Positions 18,219 through 29,259 of a DNA stretch of 64,000 nt are shown one piece after another (position 1 is the first letter of the stretch; every line of letters starts with the position of its first letter). Source of the DNA: Myxococcota bacterium (GTDB taxonomy: Bacteria; Myxococcota_A; Polyangia; Nannocystales; Nannocystaceae). The translations under genes were made by a program, and so were the position numbers. Under the pieces are notes generated by a model, which was not told the DNA's origin, did no database searches, and worked only from the letters and a program-made list of their open reading frames with translations. The DNA is taken from positions 256,001 to 320,000 of the forward strand of contig JBCCHT010000002.1 in assembly GCA_039028615.1 (NCBI GenBank), given 5' to 3'.

Positions 18219-19778
18219 ATGAATGCACGAGATGGTTTGAACAATATCGGGCTCGCGCTCGCGGCATGGAGCGTCATTGCGGCGACTCTGGCTTCCTGTA
18301 CCGATCGACCCGCCGTCATCGAGGCGGGCACGGGAACGGGGGACGAGAGCACCAGCGACGGCTCCCCCTCAATCGACACGACCACGACTGCGATGTCGAC
18401 CACGACGTCGAGCACCAGCGAGGGCCTCGACGAGAGCACGACGGGTAGCCCCCCGGATCTGGGGGACGACTCGGCGGGCCAGGAATGCGGCGTCGACTTT
18501 TCCTGCCCCGCCATCGATCTGCTGCTGGTGATCGACAACTCCGGCACGATGGGTGAGGAGCAGCTCAACCTCGCGCGGAGTTTTGCGACGCTCCTGGACG
18601 AGCTCGAATCGTTCGAGGACGCCGAAGGCGGCCTCGTGCGGCCCAACGTCAACGTCATGGTGACGACGACCGACATGGGTCACCCCTCGTGCACGGCCTT
18701 TCAGCACCCTTCGTACACCCCTCGGGAGGGCGCCCCCGTGTACACCGGCTGCAATGCTCGCATCGGCGACTTCGTCGGCCTCGACCCCTCGAACCCAATG
18801 ATCATCGAAGAGGCGTGCACGGAGAACTGCCCCGCCGACGTCGCCCCCACCGGTCATTTTATCAACTTCCATGCCGAGGGGAGCAACGTGCCGAACGATG
18901 ATGTCGGCGTGGCGCTCGCGTGCATCGGCCCCCAGGGCATCAACGGCTGCGGCTACGAAGCACCGCTCGAGGCCATGCTCCAGGCCCTCGACCCCCAAGC
19001 ATGCTGGAACGACCCCGACGTCTCCGGCTGTAGCGACGACCCCGAGTGGGCCGACACCGAAGTCGGCTTCCTGCGCGACGATGCGACGCTGGCCGTGATC
19101 CTGGTGACCGACGAGCTGGACTGCTCGGTCCAGGTCCCCGAGGGTTACTCGTTCTTCACTGACATCGAAAACTCCGTCTTCTGGAACATCAACCCGCAGA
19201 CCGAGGTCCCGCAGACGACGTCGGCCGTCTGCTACAACGCAGGCGTCAGCTGCGTCGACGAGGACGGCGACGGGCTCTACGAGGGCTGCACCTCCGTCGA
19301 TAACGAAGTGCTCCATCCCCCCGAGCGCTACAGCGCCTATTTCCAGGCACTCGTCGACGGCGGAAAAGACGTGGTGATGCTCGGGCTGCTCGGGGTGCCC
19401 ACCGTCGTTCACGACACCGAGCCTCCGTTCGGCCCCCTCGAAGGAGGCGTGGCCAGCCTCCTGTACCGCGCGTGGATCGACTTTCCCTTCCCCGCCGGCG
19501 ACATCCTGCCCAGCGAGTGGGACGCGGGTCGGCGCGCCGCCGACAAGATCTTCGAGTTCGGCGACCTGGGTCCGGGGTGCACCGGAACGGACAAGGTGGG
19601 AAGGTTCACCGGGCAAGCACTGCCCCCGGTCCGCATTCGCGAAGTCTGCGAGAGCCTCGACGTCGTCGAAGCGGACGGGAGCACGAGCCCTCGCTGCTGC
19701 ATCGAGTCGATCTGCGACGACGGCTTCGACCCGGCGATGCGCTGCCTGACCGGCATGCTCGGCCAGGTCGTCGACTGA
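18219..19778 (+). CDS. Cys-rich lipoprotein with a vWA-like (DxSxxM) domain
   Basis: C-terminal part of the 16959..19778 ORF. Lipobox LASC; Thr/Ser linker; IDLLLVIDNSGTMGEEQ, GCGYEAPLE, GFLRDDATLAVILVTDELDCS. Confidence 0.8.
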   Translation: MNARDGLNNIGLALAAWSVIAATLASCTDRPAVIEAGTGTGDESTSDGSPSIDTTTTAMSTTTSSTSEGLDESTTGSPPDLGDDSAGQECGVDFSCPAIDLLLVIDNSGTMGEEQLNLARSFATLLDELESFEDAEGGLVRPNVNVMVTTTDMGHPSCTAFQHPSYTPREGAPVYTGCNARIGDFVGLDPSNPMIIEEACTENCPADVAPTGHFINFHAEGSNVPNDDVGVALACIGPQGINGCGYEAPLEAMLQALDPQACWNDPDVSGCSDDPEWADTEVGFLRDDATLAVILVTDELDCSVQVPEGYSFFTDIENSVFWNINPQTEVPQTTSAVCYNAGVSCVDEDGDGLYEGCTSVDNEVLHPPERYSAYFQALVDGGKDVVMLGLLGVPTVVHDTEPPFGPLEGGVASLLYRAWIDFPFPAGDILPSEWDAGRRAADKIFEFGDLGPGCTGTDKVGRFTGQALPPVRIREVCESLDVVEADGSTSPRCCIESICDDGFDPAMRCLTGMLGQVVD

Positions 19779-19780
19779 CG

Positions 19781-20347
19781 TCAGGGCGGCGAGGCCCTCA
19801 GCCGCACATCGTGGCCGCTCGCGGTGCGGTACACGGGCTCCGCAGCGTCGGCGTCGACCCGGTGCATTTGGTTTCGACGCACGCGCGCCCCTCGATACAC
19901 CTCCGGGGGACCAAAGCCCGACTCGGAGTGAACGCGTGCGAGCGCCAGGCTGCCGTCGGGCAGCGACACGAAGACCTGACAACACGCCAGCTCCTGGCAA
20001 CGAGGGTCGAAGGTGACCCATGCCCGCACGCCCTGCGGAATCGACTCGACGTGCCACACCATGCCCAACGTGCGCGGCGTGGTGACCTCGGTCAGTGTCG
20101 AGTACGCGCTGGTTTCGACCAACCATTCGTCGTCATCGTCGTCCACCTGGTCGACGTAGAGCACCGACAACCGACGGTCGAGTCGTACGCGAATGCGATG
20201 AAGGTCGCGCTCGTGCCCGGCCACGTGCAGCAACTCCTCGGCAGGCTGCGGCGCCGCGTGAGAACAAGCGAAGGTGCCGAGCATGGTGAAGAGGATCAGC
20301 GTCGACCCCAGCCGCACCGCCTCGTGTTTCGTCCTCCGCGTCTGCAT
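19781..20347 (-). CDS. Hypothetical protein, possible lipoprotein
   Basis: Hydrophobic stretch ending TFAC; fills the gap between convergent and divergent neighbours. Start is uncertain. Confidence 0.5.
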   Translation of the reverse strand: MQTRRTKHEAVRLGSTLILFTMLGTFACSHAAPQPAEELLHVAGHERDLHRIRVRLDRRLSVLYVDQVDDDDDEWLVETSAYSTLTEVTTPRTLGMVWHVESIPQGVRAWVTFDPRCQELACCQVFVSLPDGSLALARVHSESGFGPPEVYRGARVRRNQMHRVDADAAEPVYRTASGHDVRLRASPP

Positions 20348-20792
20348 CGATCCAGGGGATGCCCGCGACCGTGAATTTCCATTCACGTGCCGTGGGGGCC
20401 ATGCACGAGTCAGCTCACGCTCGTGTTCATCGGTCCCACCCACCACCGTGCATAAAGGAGATCTTCGGCTTCGATCACCGGTCGACGGGTGGGTTCCGTC
20501 GGTCGGAGGCCACGCGCCGGATCAACCTCGACCGCTCGCAGTCCCGCTCACGTGTCCGCAACTGGCCCTAGTTTTCCGCCACGGCGCATCAACGCCGGTT
20601 TGCTGCGCGCTTGAACAGGTAGGTACCACTCGTTCCGAAAATGAGGGCTCCCCCTAGGGCGGCCAGCGCGCAAGGCAGGAGTGCAGCACCTACACTGGGG
20701 TTGCGCATATCGGTAGCCCCGCGCTCGGTCTTCCTCGCGTGTTCGAGCCATGACATGTTCCCGTCCGCAGACCAAGGACAGCACGCACCGTC

Positions 20793-22181
20793 ATGGCCGT
20801 TCACACTGCGCCAAGGGGTCTCGACCTCCCGATCAAGGGCGCGCCCAATCAACAAATCGTAGAGACAATCAACGTTCGACGTGTCGCCGTGATGGCTGCC
20901 GACTATCCCGGCATGCGACCGAAGATGCTCTGCAAGGTCGGTGACCGCGTCAAGCGGGGCCAACCACTCTTCGAAGATCGTAAAGCCGCCGGGGTCCTGT
21001 ACACCGCGCCGGGTGCCGGACAGATCGTCGGCATCAATCGCGGTGAGTACCGGGCACTGCAGTCGGTGGTCATCGAGCTGACCGACAGCGAAGCTGCCGG
21101 CGAGCCGACCGACGACGACTTCGCCACGTTCTCGAGCTACGAGGGCAAGGCGATCGACAAGCTCGAGGCTTCGGAGATCGCAGCGCTGCTCACCGAGAGT
21201 GGAATGCGGACTGCGTTCCGGCAGCGTCCGTTCGACCGCGTCCCCTCGACCGAGGCAGCGCGTCCGAACGCGATGTTCGTCACCGCGACCGACTCCAACC
21301 CGCTCGCCCTCGACCCCGCCCTGGCGCTCGCCGACGAAGACACGGCAAGTGCCTTTGAAGCGGGCCTAAAGGTCGTTGCGCGGCTTTGCGAGGGCAAAAC
21401 CTTCGTATGTAAAAGGATGGGCGCGGACATTCCGACCGGCAGCGCTTCGGTGCAGGTCGAAGAGTTCGACGGCCCGCATCCGTCGGGCACCGTCGGCTTC
21501 CACATCCACACGCTCTACCCGGTCAGCCGTCAGCGGTCCGCCTGGCATCTCAACTACCAGGACGTGATTTCGATCGGCCGGCTGTTCACCACCGGTCGAC
21601 TCGACGTCACCCGCATGGTGTCCCTCGCTGGGCCGGGCATCCGAACCCCGGGCCTCGTTCGGACCCGCGTCGGCGCGGAGATCGACGGCCTGCTTCGACC
21701 CAAGGAACTCCTCAACTGGGAGAGCCGCGTGGTGTCGGGCTCGGTGTTGTGGGGTCGCATCGCGATGGGCGAGGAGCACGGCTACCTCGGTCGCTATCAC
21801 CTGCAAATCACCGCGCTCGAAGAGGGCCGCAAGCGAGAGTTCCTCGGTTGGCTCAAGCCCGGCTTCGACATGTTCTCCATTACGCGAGCCTTCGCGTCGT
21901 GGCTGGCGCCGGACCAGAAGTACGACTTCGACACCAACCTCAACGGCTCGCCGCGCGCCATGGTCCCCATCGGGATGTTCGAGGAGATCTTCCCCTTCGA
22001 CATTTTCCCGACGTTCTTGCTGCGCGCCATCCTCATGCGCGACCTCAGCCGGGCCGAAGAGCTCGGCGTGCTCGAGCTCGCCGAGGAAGACCTGGCCCTG
22101 TGCACCTACGTCGCACCGGGCAAGCACGACTTTGGTGCCGCACTCCGCGCAAACCTGGACGAGATCTGGAAGGAAGGGTAG
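20793..22181 (+). CDS. nqrA: Na+-translocating NADH:quinone reductase subunit A
   Basis: GLDLPIKGAP, GMRPKM..KVGDRVKRGQPLFEDRK, GPHPSG, NGSPRAMVPIG, EEDLALCTY; first gene of the nqr operon. Confidence 0.96.
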   Translation: MAVHTAPRGLDLPIKGAPNQQIVETINVRRVAVMAADYPGMRPKMLCKVGDRVKRGQPLFEDRKAAGVLYTAPGAGQIVGINRGEYRALQSVVIELTDSEAAGEPTDDDFATFSSYEGKAIDKLEASEIAALLTESGMRTAFRQRPFDRVPSTEAARPNAMFVTATDSNPLALDPALALADEDTASAFEAGLKVVARLCEGKTFVCKRMGADIPTGSASVQVEEFDGPHPSGTVGFHIHTLYPVSRQRSAWHLNYQDVISIGRLFTTGRLDVTRMVSLAGPGIRTPGLVRTRVGAEIDGLLRPKELLNWESRVVSGSVLWGRIAMGEEHGYLGRYHLQITALEEGRKREFLGWLKPGFDMFSITRAFASWLAPDQKYDFDTNLNGSPRAMVPIGMFEEIFPFDIFPTFLLRAILMRDLSRAEELGVLELAEEDLALCTYVAPGKHDFGAALRANLDEIWKEG

Positions 22182-22187
22182 TTCGCC

Positions 22188-23420
22188 GTGCAATTTCTGA
22201 GAGACAAGCTCGACGAGGTCGGCAAGCAGTTCGAAAAGGGGGGCAAGCTCGAGTGGCTCTACCCCTTCTACGAAGCCAACGACACCATCCTGTTCAACCC
22301 GGGAGACGTCACCAAGGGCACGACCCACGTCCGTGACGCGATGAACCTCAAGCGCATGATGATCACGGTCGTCGTGGCGCTGCTGCCCATCGTGCTGTGG
22401 TCGATGTTCAACACCGGCTACCAAGCTTCGCTCGCGGTGGAGCAAGGGGCGACCGCCTATAACGGTTGGCAGGTCGACCTGTGGCAGTGGGTGGGCTTCG
22501 AGTTCGACTCGGGCTCGGTCATCGGCAACCTGACGCTGGGTGCGCTGTTCTTCCTCCCCGTGTTCATCATGGTGGGGGTGGTCGGCGGCCACATCGAGGT
22601 CGCCTTCGCACTCATCCGCAAACACGAGATCAACGAGGGCTTCCTCGTCACCTGGTTCCTGTTCGCGCTGACGCTGCCGCCCACCATCCCGCTATGGCAG
22701 GTCGCGCTGGGCATCTCGTTTGGTGTGATCTTCGGTAAGGAGGTCTTCGGCGGCACGGGGATGAACATCTTCAACCCGGCGCTCACTGCCCGGGCGTTCC
22801 TGTTCTTCGCCTACCCGGCGCAGATCTCGGGCGACCAGGTGTGGACGGCCGCTCAGAGCACGGGCGCGGTGGACGGCTGGTCCGGCGCCACCTGGCTCGG
22901 CCGCGTCGCCGCCGACGGCGTCGGCGTCCTCGATGCCGACCCCAACCTGTGGCTCAAGTCCTTCTTCGGGCTCGTCCCCGGTTCGATGGGCGAGACCTCG
23001 ACCTTCCTGTGCCTGGTGGGGGCCGCAATCCTCATCCTCACGAAGGTCGGTTCCTGGCGAACGATGGCTGGCGTCGTGCTCGGCACCGCCGTCATGACCC
23101 TGACCCTCAACGCCATCGGCTCGGACACCAACCCGATGTTCGCGCTGCCCTTCGAGTGGCACGTGGTCCTCGGCGGCTGGGCCTTCGGCATGGTCTTCAT
23201 GGCCACCGACCCGGTCTCGTCCGCCTTCACGGACTTCGGCAAGCTCCTCTACGGCTTCGGCATCGGCGTCATGGTGGTCCTCGTCCGGATCGTCAACCCG
23301 GCGTACCCGGAAGGCATGATGCTCGCCATTCTGTTCATGAACATGTTCGCTCCCCTGGTCGACCACTTCGTCGTCCAGGCCAACGTCAAGCGCAGGAAGG
23401 CTCGGTATGGCCTCAAATAG
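22188..23420 (+). CDS. nqrB: Na+-NQR subunit B
   Basis: HVRDAMNLKRMM, EVFGGTGMNIFNPAL, FMN-attachment SGAT, MATDPVS, YPEGMMLAILF. Confidence 0.97.
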   Translation: MQFLRDKLDEVGKQFEKGGKLEWLYPFYEANDTILFNPGDVTKGTTHVRDAMNLKRMMITVVVALLPIVLWSMFNTGYQASLAVEQGATAYNGWQVDLWQWVGFEFDSGSVIGNLTLGALFFLPVFIMVGVVGGHIEVAFALIRKHEINEGFLVTWFLFALTLPPTIPLWQVALGISFGVIFGKEVFGGTGMNIFNPALTARAFLFFAYPAQISGDQVWTAAQSTGAVDGWSGATWLGRVAADGVGVLDADPNLWLKSFFGLVPGSMGETSTFLCLVGAAILILTKVGSWRTMAGVVLGTAVMTLTLNAIGSDTNPMFALPFEWHVVLGGWAFGMVFMATDPVSSAFTDFGKLLYGFGIGVMVVLVRIVNPAYPEGMMLAILFMNMFAPLVDHFVVQANVKRRKARYGLK

Positions 23421-24234
23421 CACCAGCTACATCCTCGGCTTCTCCGCCGCGGTGTGCCTGGCGTGCTCGGTGTTCGTCGCCGGCTCGGCGGTGATCCTCA
23501 AGGATCGACAAGAGCTCAACGAGCTCGTCGCCAAGCGCACCCAGGTCCTCGAGGTCGCGGGACTCGTCCAACCCGAAGAAAAGGGCAAGCTCTCCGCCGA
23601 CGTCGTCGCCGACCGCTTCGAGGCCGTCGTGCCCATCCTGGTCTCGCTCGAGACCGGCGACGTGCTTCCCAAGGCGGAGGGCAAGGAAAACGCCTTCACC
23701 TTCGAGGGCCAGACCCTCGATGCCGGAACCTACGACCAGAAGGCCGCCTCCAAGGACGACTCGCTGGGCAAGGAGGCTCCGGCCAACGATGCCAAGGTCC
23801 TGCGGCTGCCCAAGGTCGGGCTCGTCTACCAGGTGATGGAAAACGGCAAGCTGACCAAGCTCATCTTGCCGGTCGAGGGCTACGGACTTTGGGGAACGCT
23901 CTACGGCTTCCTCGCGCTCGAGCCGGACACACAGACCATCGCCGGGCTGACCTTCTACGCCCACAAAGAGACTCCGGGTCTCGGCGGTGAGGTCGACAAT
24001 CCCGCCTGGAAGGCGCTGTGGAAGGGTCGCAAGGCCTTCGACGACGAGTGGGAACCCACCATCGAGGTCATCAAGGGCCCGGCCGGCCCTGCCGACCAGG
24101 CGCCCTACTCGGTCGACGGCCTCTCCGGTGCCACCCTCACCTCGCGCGGCGTGACCAACCTGCTGCGCTTCTGGCTGGGTGACGACGGCTACGGGCCCTA
24201 CCTCAGCAAGTTCCGCGAGAAGGGAGCAGCATAA
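23407..24234 (+). CDS. nqrC: Na+-NQR subunit C
   Basis: N-terminal [33 protein letters not shown] (FMN-Thr). Confidence 0.96.
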   Translation: MASNSTSYILGFSAAVCLACSVFVAGSAVILKDRQELNELVAKRTQVLEVAGLVQPEEKGKLSADVVADRFEAVVPILVSLETGDVLPKAEGKENAFTFEGQTLDAGTYDQKAASKDDSLGKEAPANDAKVLRLPKVGLVYQVMENGKLTKLILPVEGYGLWGTLYGFLALEPDTQTIAGLTFYAHKETPGLGGEVDNPAWKALWKGRKAFDDEWEPTIEVIKGPAGPADQAPYSVDGLSGATLTSRGVTNLLRFWLGDDGYGPYLSKFREKGAA

Positions 24235-24236
24235 CG

Positions 24237-24857
24237 ATGGCGAAGAATCGCGAGTTTTTGCTCGATCCTCTGATCAACTCCAACCCGATCGCGGTGCAGG
24301 TGCTGGGCGTCTGCTCGGCGCTGGCGGTGACCGGCAAGGTCGAGACCGCGCTGGTGATGTCGGTCGCCCTGACCGTGGTCACCGGGCTGTCGAACTTCTT
24401 CGTCAGCCTGCTGCGCAACCACATCCCGGCCAGCGTCCGCATCATCGTCCAGCTGACGATCATCGCCTCGTTGGTCATCGTGACCGACCAGGTACTGCGG
24501 GCGTTCCTGTACGAGACCAGCCAGCAGCTGTCGGTCTACGTCGGGCTCATCATCACCAACTGCATCGTCATGGGCCGAGCCGAGGCCTTCGCGATGCAGA
24601 ACCCGCCCTTGGCGAGCCTCATCGACGGCATCGGCAACGGCCTCGGCTACAGCATGATCCTCGTCGGCGTCGGTGTGGTCCGGGAAATCTTCGGCACCGG
24701 CAAGGTGCTCGGCATCTCGGTGATGACGCTTCAGAGCGAGGGTGGCTGGTACAACCCGAACGGCCTGATGGTCCTGCCTCCAGCCGCTTTCTTCTTGATC
24801 GGCTTGGGCATCTGGATCATGCGAACGATGCGTCCCGCGCTCGTGGAGGAGGATTAG
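24237..24857 (+). CDS. nqrD: Na+-NQR subunit D
   Basis: [36 protein letters not shown]. Confidence 0.97.
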   Translation: MAKNREFLLDPLINSNPIAVQVLGVCSALAVTGKVETALVMSVALTVVTGLSNFFVSLLRNHIPASVRIIVQLTIIASLVIVTDQVLRAFLYETSQQLSVYVGLIITNCIVMGRAEAFAMQNPPLASLIDGIGNGLGYSMILVGVGVVREIFGTGKVLGISVMTLQSEGGWYNPNGLMVLPPAAFFLIGLGIWIMRTMRPALVEED

Positions 24858-24861
24858 ACCG

Positions 24862-25461
24862 ATGCTCGAGAACTACATCAGCCTCCTGACGAAGTCCGTC
24901 TTCGTCGAGAACATGGCCCTGGCGTACTTCCTGGGCATGTGTTCGTTCCTCGCCGTCTCCAAGAAGGTGAACACCGCCATCGGCCTCGGCGCGGCGGTCA
25001 TCTTCGTGTTGGCGGTGACCTGCCCGCTCAACAACCTCATCTACAACGGGCTGCTCCGCGAGGACGCAATCATCCCCGGGGTGGACCTGAGCTTCTTGAG
25101 CTTCCTGACCTTCATCGGGACCATCGCCGCGGCGGTGCAGCTGGTGGAGATGGCGCTCGAACGCTACGCCCCCGCCCTCCACGGGGCGCTGGGTGTGTTC
25201 CTCCCGCTCATCGCGGTCAACTGCGCCATCCTCGGCGCCAGCTTGTTCATGATGGAGCGCGAGTACGACTTCGGTGAGAGCTGCGTCTTCGGCTTCGGCT
25301 CGGGACTGGGCTTCGCCCTCGCCATCGTCGCCCTGGCGGCGATTCGCGAGAAGATGCGCTACTCCAACGTCCCGCCCGGCCTCCGCGGCCTGGGCATCAC
25401 CTTCATCGTCACGGGCCTGATGGCCATCGCCTTCATGGCCTTCGCGGGAATCTCGCTGTGA
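24862..25461 (+). CDS. nqrE: Na+-NQR subunit E
   Basis: [45 protein letters not shown]. Confidence 0.97.
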   Translation: MLENYISLLTKSVFVENMALAYFLGMCSFLAVSKKVNTAIGLGAAVIFVLAVTCPLNNLIYNGLLREDAIIPGVDLSFLSFLTFIGTIAAAVQLVEMALERYAPALHGALGVFLPLIAVNCAILGASLFMMEREYDFGESCVFGFGSGLGFALAIVALAAIREKMRYSNVPPGLRGLGITFIVTGLMAIAFMAFAGISL

Positions 25462-26717
25462 ACGTGCTCATCGCAGATACCATCGGAGCGGGACAGGTCG
25501 CCGGCATCGCCGTCGGCATGTTCACCGTCGTCATCTTGGCGCTCGTCGCCATCTTGGTCATGGCCCGCCGCAAGCTGGTCAACACCGCCGACGTCAAGAT
25601 CCTCGTCAACGACGACGAGTCGAAGGCGATGACGGTCCCGGCCGGGTCGACCCTGCTCAACACCCTCGCCGACCAGAAGATCTTCATCCCCTCCGCCTGC
25701 GGCGGCATGGGCAGCTGCGGCGTGTGCAAGGTGCACGTCAAAGACGGCGGCGGAGCCATGCTCCCCACCGAGGAGGGCTGGATCTCCCGCGGTGAGGCTC
25801 GCGAAGGCTGTCGCCTGGCCTGCCAGGTGAAGGTCAAGCAGGACATGAAGATCGAGGTCGAGCCCGAGGTCTTCAGCGTCCGCAAGTGGAAGTGCAAGGT
25901 CCGCTCGAACGAGAACGTGGCCACCTTCATCAAGGAGCTCATCCTCGAGCTTCCCGAGGGCGAAGCCGTCCCGTTCCGCGCGGGCGGCTACATCCAGATC
26001 GAGTGCCCCCCCCACGTCGCGCACTACAAGGACTTCGACATCCAAGAGGAGTACCGCGGCGACTGGGACAAGTACGACATGTGGCGCTTCACCTCGAAGG
26101 TCGAGGAAGACGTCACCCGCGCGTACTCGATGGCGAACTACCCGGACGAGGCGGGCATCATCATGCTCAACGTCCGTGTTGCTTCGCCGCCGCCGCGCAA
26201 GCCCGACGTCCCGCCCGGCCAGATGTCCTCGTACATCTTCAACCTCAAGCCGGGTGACGAGGTCACCATCTCGGGCCCCTACGGCGAGTTCTACGCCCGG
26301 GAGACCGAGGCGGAGATGGTCTTCATCGGTGGTGGTGCCGGCATGGCGCCCATGCGCTCGCACATCTTCGACTTGTTCCGCCGCCTGTCGACCAAGCGCA
26401 AGGTGTCCTTCTGGTACGGCGCGCGGTCGCTCCGCGAGGCCTTCTACCAGGACCACTTCGACAAGATCGCCGAAGAGAACCCGAACTTCACCTGGCACCT
26501 GGCGCTGTCGGAGCCGCTCCCCGAGGACAACTGGGAGGGCTACACCGGCTTCATCCACCAGGTGGTGATGGACAACTACCTCAAGGACCACGAGGCGCCC
26601 GAGGAGATCGAGTTCTACATCTGCGGTCCCCCCATGATGAACGACGCCGTCATCAAGATGGCGCTGGAGCTCGGCGTCGAGCCCGAGAACGTCATGTTCG
26701 ACGACTTCGGTGGCTGA
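25458..26717 (+). CDS. nqrF: Na+-NQR subunit F
   Basis: 2Fe-2S motif [12 protein letters not shown]...[35 protein letters not shown], terminal FDDFGG. Confidence 0.97.
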   Translation: MNVLIADTIGAGQVAGIAVGMFTVVILALVAILVMARRKLVNTADVKILVNDDESKAMTVPAGSTLLNTLADQKIFIPSACGGMGSCGVCKVHVKDGGGAMLPTEEGWISRGEAREGCRLACQVKVKQDMKIEVEPEVFSVRKWKCKVRSNENVATFIKELILELPEGEAVPFRAGGYIQIECPPHVAHYKDFDIQEEYRGDWDKYDMWRFTSKVEEDVTRAYSMANYPDEAGIIMLNVRVASPPPRKPDVPPGQMSSYIFNLKPGDEVTISGPYGEFYARETEAEMVFIGGGAGMAPMRSHIFDLFRRLSTKRKVSFWYGARSLREAFYQDHFDKIAEENPNFTWHLALSEPLPEDNWEGYTGFIHQVVMDNYLKDHEAPEEIEFYICGPPMMNDAVIKMALELGVEPENVMFDDFGG

Positions 26718-27789
26718 CTCGAGCCCCACCTCCGCGACACCGCGAGCGACCACCCGCAGGGCGTGGTTTCTCGCGGTGTTCGGCGTTTTGGCCGTCGTCG
26801 GGTTCATCGCCTGGTCGCGCGCCAACGTCCCGCAGCCCCCCGCCGACCGCCTGGTCTTCGAGGGGGGCACGATGGGCACCACCTATCGGGTGGTCGTCCG
26901 CGGGGTCGACCCCTCGCGCCGCGAAAAACTCGGCGCGACCATCGAGTCCGAGCTCGAGGCGGTGAACGCCTCGATGTCGACCTACAAGGACGACTCCGAG
27001 CTCTCGCAGCTCAACCGCAGCCCGGTCGGCGAGGCCTTCTCCGTCTCGCCCGAGCTCGAGGAGGTGGTGGCCCTGGCCGAGCAGGTCTCGGAGGCCAGCG
27101 ACGGGGCCTTCGACGTCACCGTGGGCGCCCTGGTCGACGCCTGGGGCTTCGGGCCGACCCGCGACGAGAGTGCCCCCAGCGACGACGAGATCGCCCGGCT
27201 CCGCGCGCAGATCGGCTGGCGACGGGTGCAGCGAAGCCCGGGCACGATGACGCGCACCACCGAGCTTCTGCGGGTCGACCTGTCCGCCATCGCCAAGGGC
27301 TACGGCGTCGACCGGGTGGCGGCCGCGCTGCGGGCGGCCGGCGTCGAGCACTTCATGGTCGAGGTGGGCGGAGAAATCCGTACCGCAGGCGAGCGCCAGG
27401 CCAACGAGGCGTGGCGTATCGGCATCGAGGAACCCCACGCCGATCCCGCCAAACGCAGCCTGCACCGCGTGGTCCAGCTCGACGACGCCGCCATGGCGAC
27501 CTCCGGGGACTATCGGAACTACCGCGAGGTCGACGGTCGTCGGGTTTCGCACACGCTGGACCCGCGCAACGGCCGGCCCATCGAACATCGTCTCGCCTCC
27601 GTCTCCGTCATCGCGGATCAGGCGGCGCTGGCCGACGCCTGGGCTACTGCCCTCAATGTGCTCGGTCCCGACGCCGGCCTGGCCCTGGCCCAGCGCCAGG
27701 GGCTGGCGGTGTACATGATCATTCGTGAGAACAATGGCTTCGAGACCCGGGCGACACCGGACTTCGAGCGTCATATACTCCCGCCATGA
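26710..27789 (+). CDS. apbE: FAD:protein FMN transferase
   Basis: [58 protein letters not shown]. Confidence 0.95.
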   Translation: MADSSPTSATPRATTRRAWFLAVFGVLAVVGFIAWSRANVPQPPADRLVFEGGTMGTTYRVVVRGVDPSRREKLGATIESELEAVNASMSTYKDDSELSQLNRSPVGEAFSVSPELEEVVALAEQVSEASDGAFDVTVGALVDAWGFGPTRDESAPSDDEIARLRAQIGWRRVQRSPGTMTRTTELLRVDLSAIAKGYGVDRVAAALRAAGVEHFMVEVGGEIRTAGERQANEAWRIGIEEPHADPAKRSLHRVVQLDDAAMATSGDYRNYREVDGRRVSHTLDPRNGRPIEHRLASVSVIADQAALADAWATALNVLGPDAGLALAQRQGLAVYMIIRENNGFETRATPDFERHILPP

Positions 27790-27989
27790 CGACGATCCTG
27801 CTCACCATCGGCATCGTGGCGACGCTCATGGGTGGCATGGCGATCGGCGTGCTGCTGTCGAACAAGCCCTTGCAGGGCTCCTGTGGCGGTATCGGTCCCG
27901 ACTGCGCTTGCGACGAGGCCGGCATTCCGCGGCGCTGCGAGAAGCCGCCCGGGCCCTCGCTCGTCGGCATGAACCTCAACCGTCGCTAG
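27786..27989 (+). CDS. nqrM: Na+-NQR maturation protein NqrM (DUF539)
   Basis: Single TM, MAIGV...PLQGSCGG..C.C motif, positioned after apbE. Confidence 0.85.
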   Translation: MTTILLTIGIVATLMGGMAIGVLLSNKPLQGSCGGIGPDCACDEAGIPRRCEKPPGPSLVGMNLNRR

Positions 27990-28044
27990 CGGCGACACGA
28001 CGGTCGAGCCGTCGGTCGTGTCGTGAACTCGACCGCCTGCTAGC

Positions 28045-29259
28045 GTGGTGCGGGTGGAGCCCCTGCCCTCGGTCACGCTCGGCGATCGGACCCTGTTCCC
28101 CGCCCTCGACTCGCGCGCTTACCTGAACCACGCCGCCATCTCGCCCCCCTCGTCGCGGGTGCAGGCGGCGGTGGCCACCCTCGTGGACGACTACGCCGCC
28201 AAGGGCCTAGGCGCGCTCCACCGCTGGCTGGACCAGCGCGAGGGCCTACGAGACAAGCTCGCCACCCTGGTCGGCAGCAGCCCCGACGAGCTCGGCTACG
28301 TCGCCAACACCACCGCCGGGGTCCGGGCCATGGCGCTGTGCATCCCCTGGCAGGCGCGTGACCGGGTCGTGCTGCTCAACGGCGAGTTCCCGGCCAACGT
28401 CACCCCCTGGCAGCAAGCCGCGCAACAGCACGACCTGCGGCTCACCTGGCTCGAGACGGAAGACTTCCGGGGGAGCTCGGGCACCGGTCTGCAGCGCCTC
28501 GAGCAGGAGCTGGCCGCCGGGGTGCGCCTCGTCGCCGTGTCTGCGGTTCAGTTCCAGACCGGCCTCCGCATGCCCCTGCGTGAGATCGGCGAGCTGTGCC
28601 GCCGCTACGGCGCGGAGCTGTTCGTCGACGCCATCCAGGCCTGCGGCGCGGTGCCCATCGACGTCGAGGCCAACAACATCGACTACCTGTCCTGCGGCAG
28701 CCACAAGTGGCTCATGGGGCTCGAGGGCGTGGCCTTCCTGTACATCCGTCGGTCCGCTGCGCAACACCTGCGCCCCGTCGTCGCCGGGTGGCTCAGCCAC
28801 GAGGATGGCCTGCGGTTCTTGTTCGAGGGCAAGGGACACCTTCGCTACGACCGACCGATCCGACGCCGCGCCGATCTGGTCGAGGGCGGGGCTGCGCCCG
28901 GAGCTCTGCTCGCCGCCCTCGAAGCGGGCCTCGACCCCATCGCCACCCTGGGCGTGTCCAACGTGTTCGAACACCTGCAGGGCTATCTCGAGCCGCTGGA
29001 GCGAGGTCTGGTCGAGCGGGGCTTCACCAGCCTGCGCAGCCCCGTCGCCGGCCAGCGCTCGGGCATCCTGTCGGTCGATCCGCCCGCGGACATCGACCTG
29101 TTGGCGCTCAGCCCCGCTCTCGGCGAGCGTCGCATCCACGTGTCGACCCCCGACGGGCGCCTCCGCTTCGCCCCGCACTGGCCCAACGGGCACCACGAGG
29201 TCCCCGTGGTGCTCGACGCCGTCGACGACGTCATGTCCGAGCTACGGCGCGCCCTATAG
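28045..29259 (+). CDS. Class V PLP-dependent aminotransferase / cysteine desulfurase-like protein
   Basis: YLNHAAISP, VDAIQACG, SHKWL (PLP lysine). True start may be GTG 28054. Confidence 0.9.
   Translation: MVRVEPLPSVTLGDRTLFPALDSRAYLNHAAISPPSSRVQAAVATLVDDYAAKGLGALHRWLDQREGLRDKLATLVGSSPDELGYVANTTAGVRAMALCIPWQARDRVVLLNGEFPANVTPWQQAAQQHDLRLTWLETEDFRGSSGTGLQRLEQELAAGVRLVAVSAVQFQTGLRMPLREIGELCRRYGAELFVDAIQACGAVPIDVEANNIDYLSCGSHKWLMGLEGVAFLYIRRSAAQHLRPVVAGWLSHEDGLRFLFEGKGHLRYDRPIRRRADLVEGGAAPGALLAALEAGLDPIATLGVSNVFEHLQGYLEPLERGLVERGFTSLRSPVAGQRSGILSVDPPADIDLLALSPALGERRIHVSTPDGRLRFAPHWPNGHHEVPVVLDAVDDVMSELRRAL

Noticed and set aside
20450..20790. Na+-sensing riboswitch upstream of nqrA
   Set aside because: I could not match any known consensus by eye; it needs an Rfam search.
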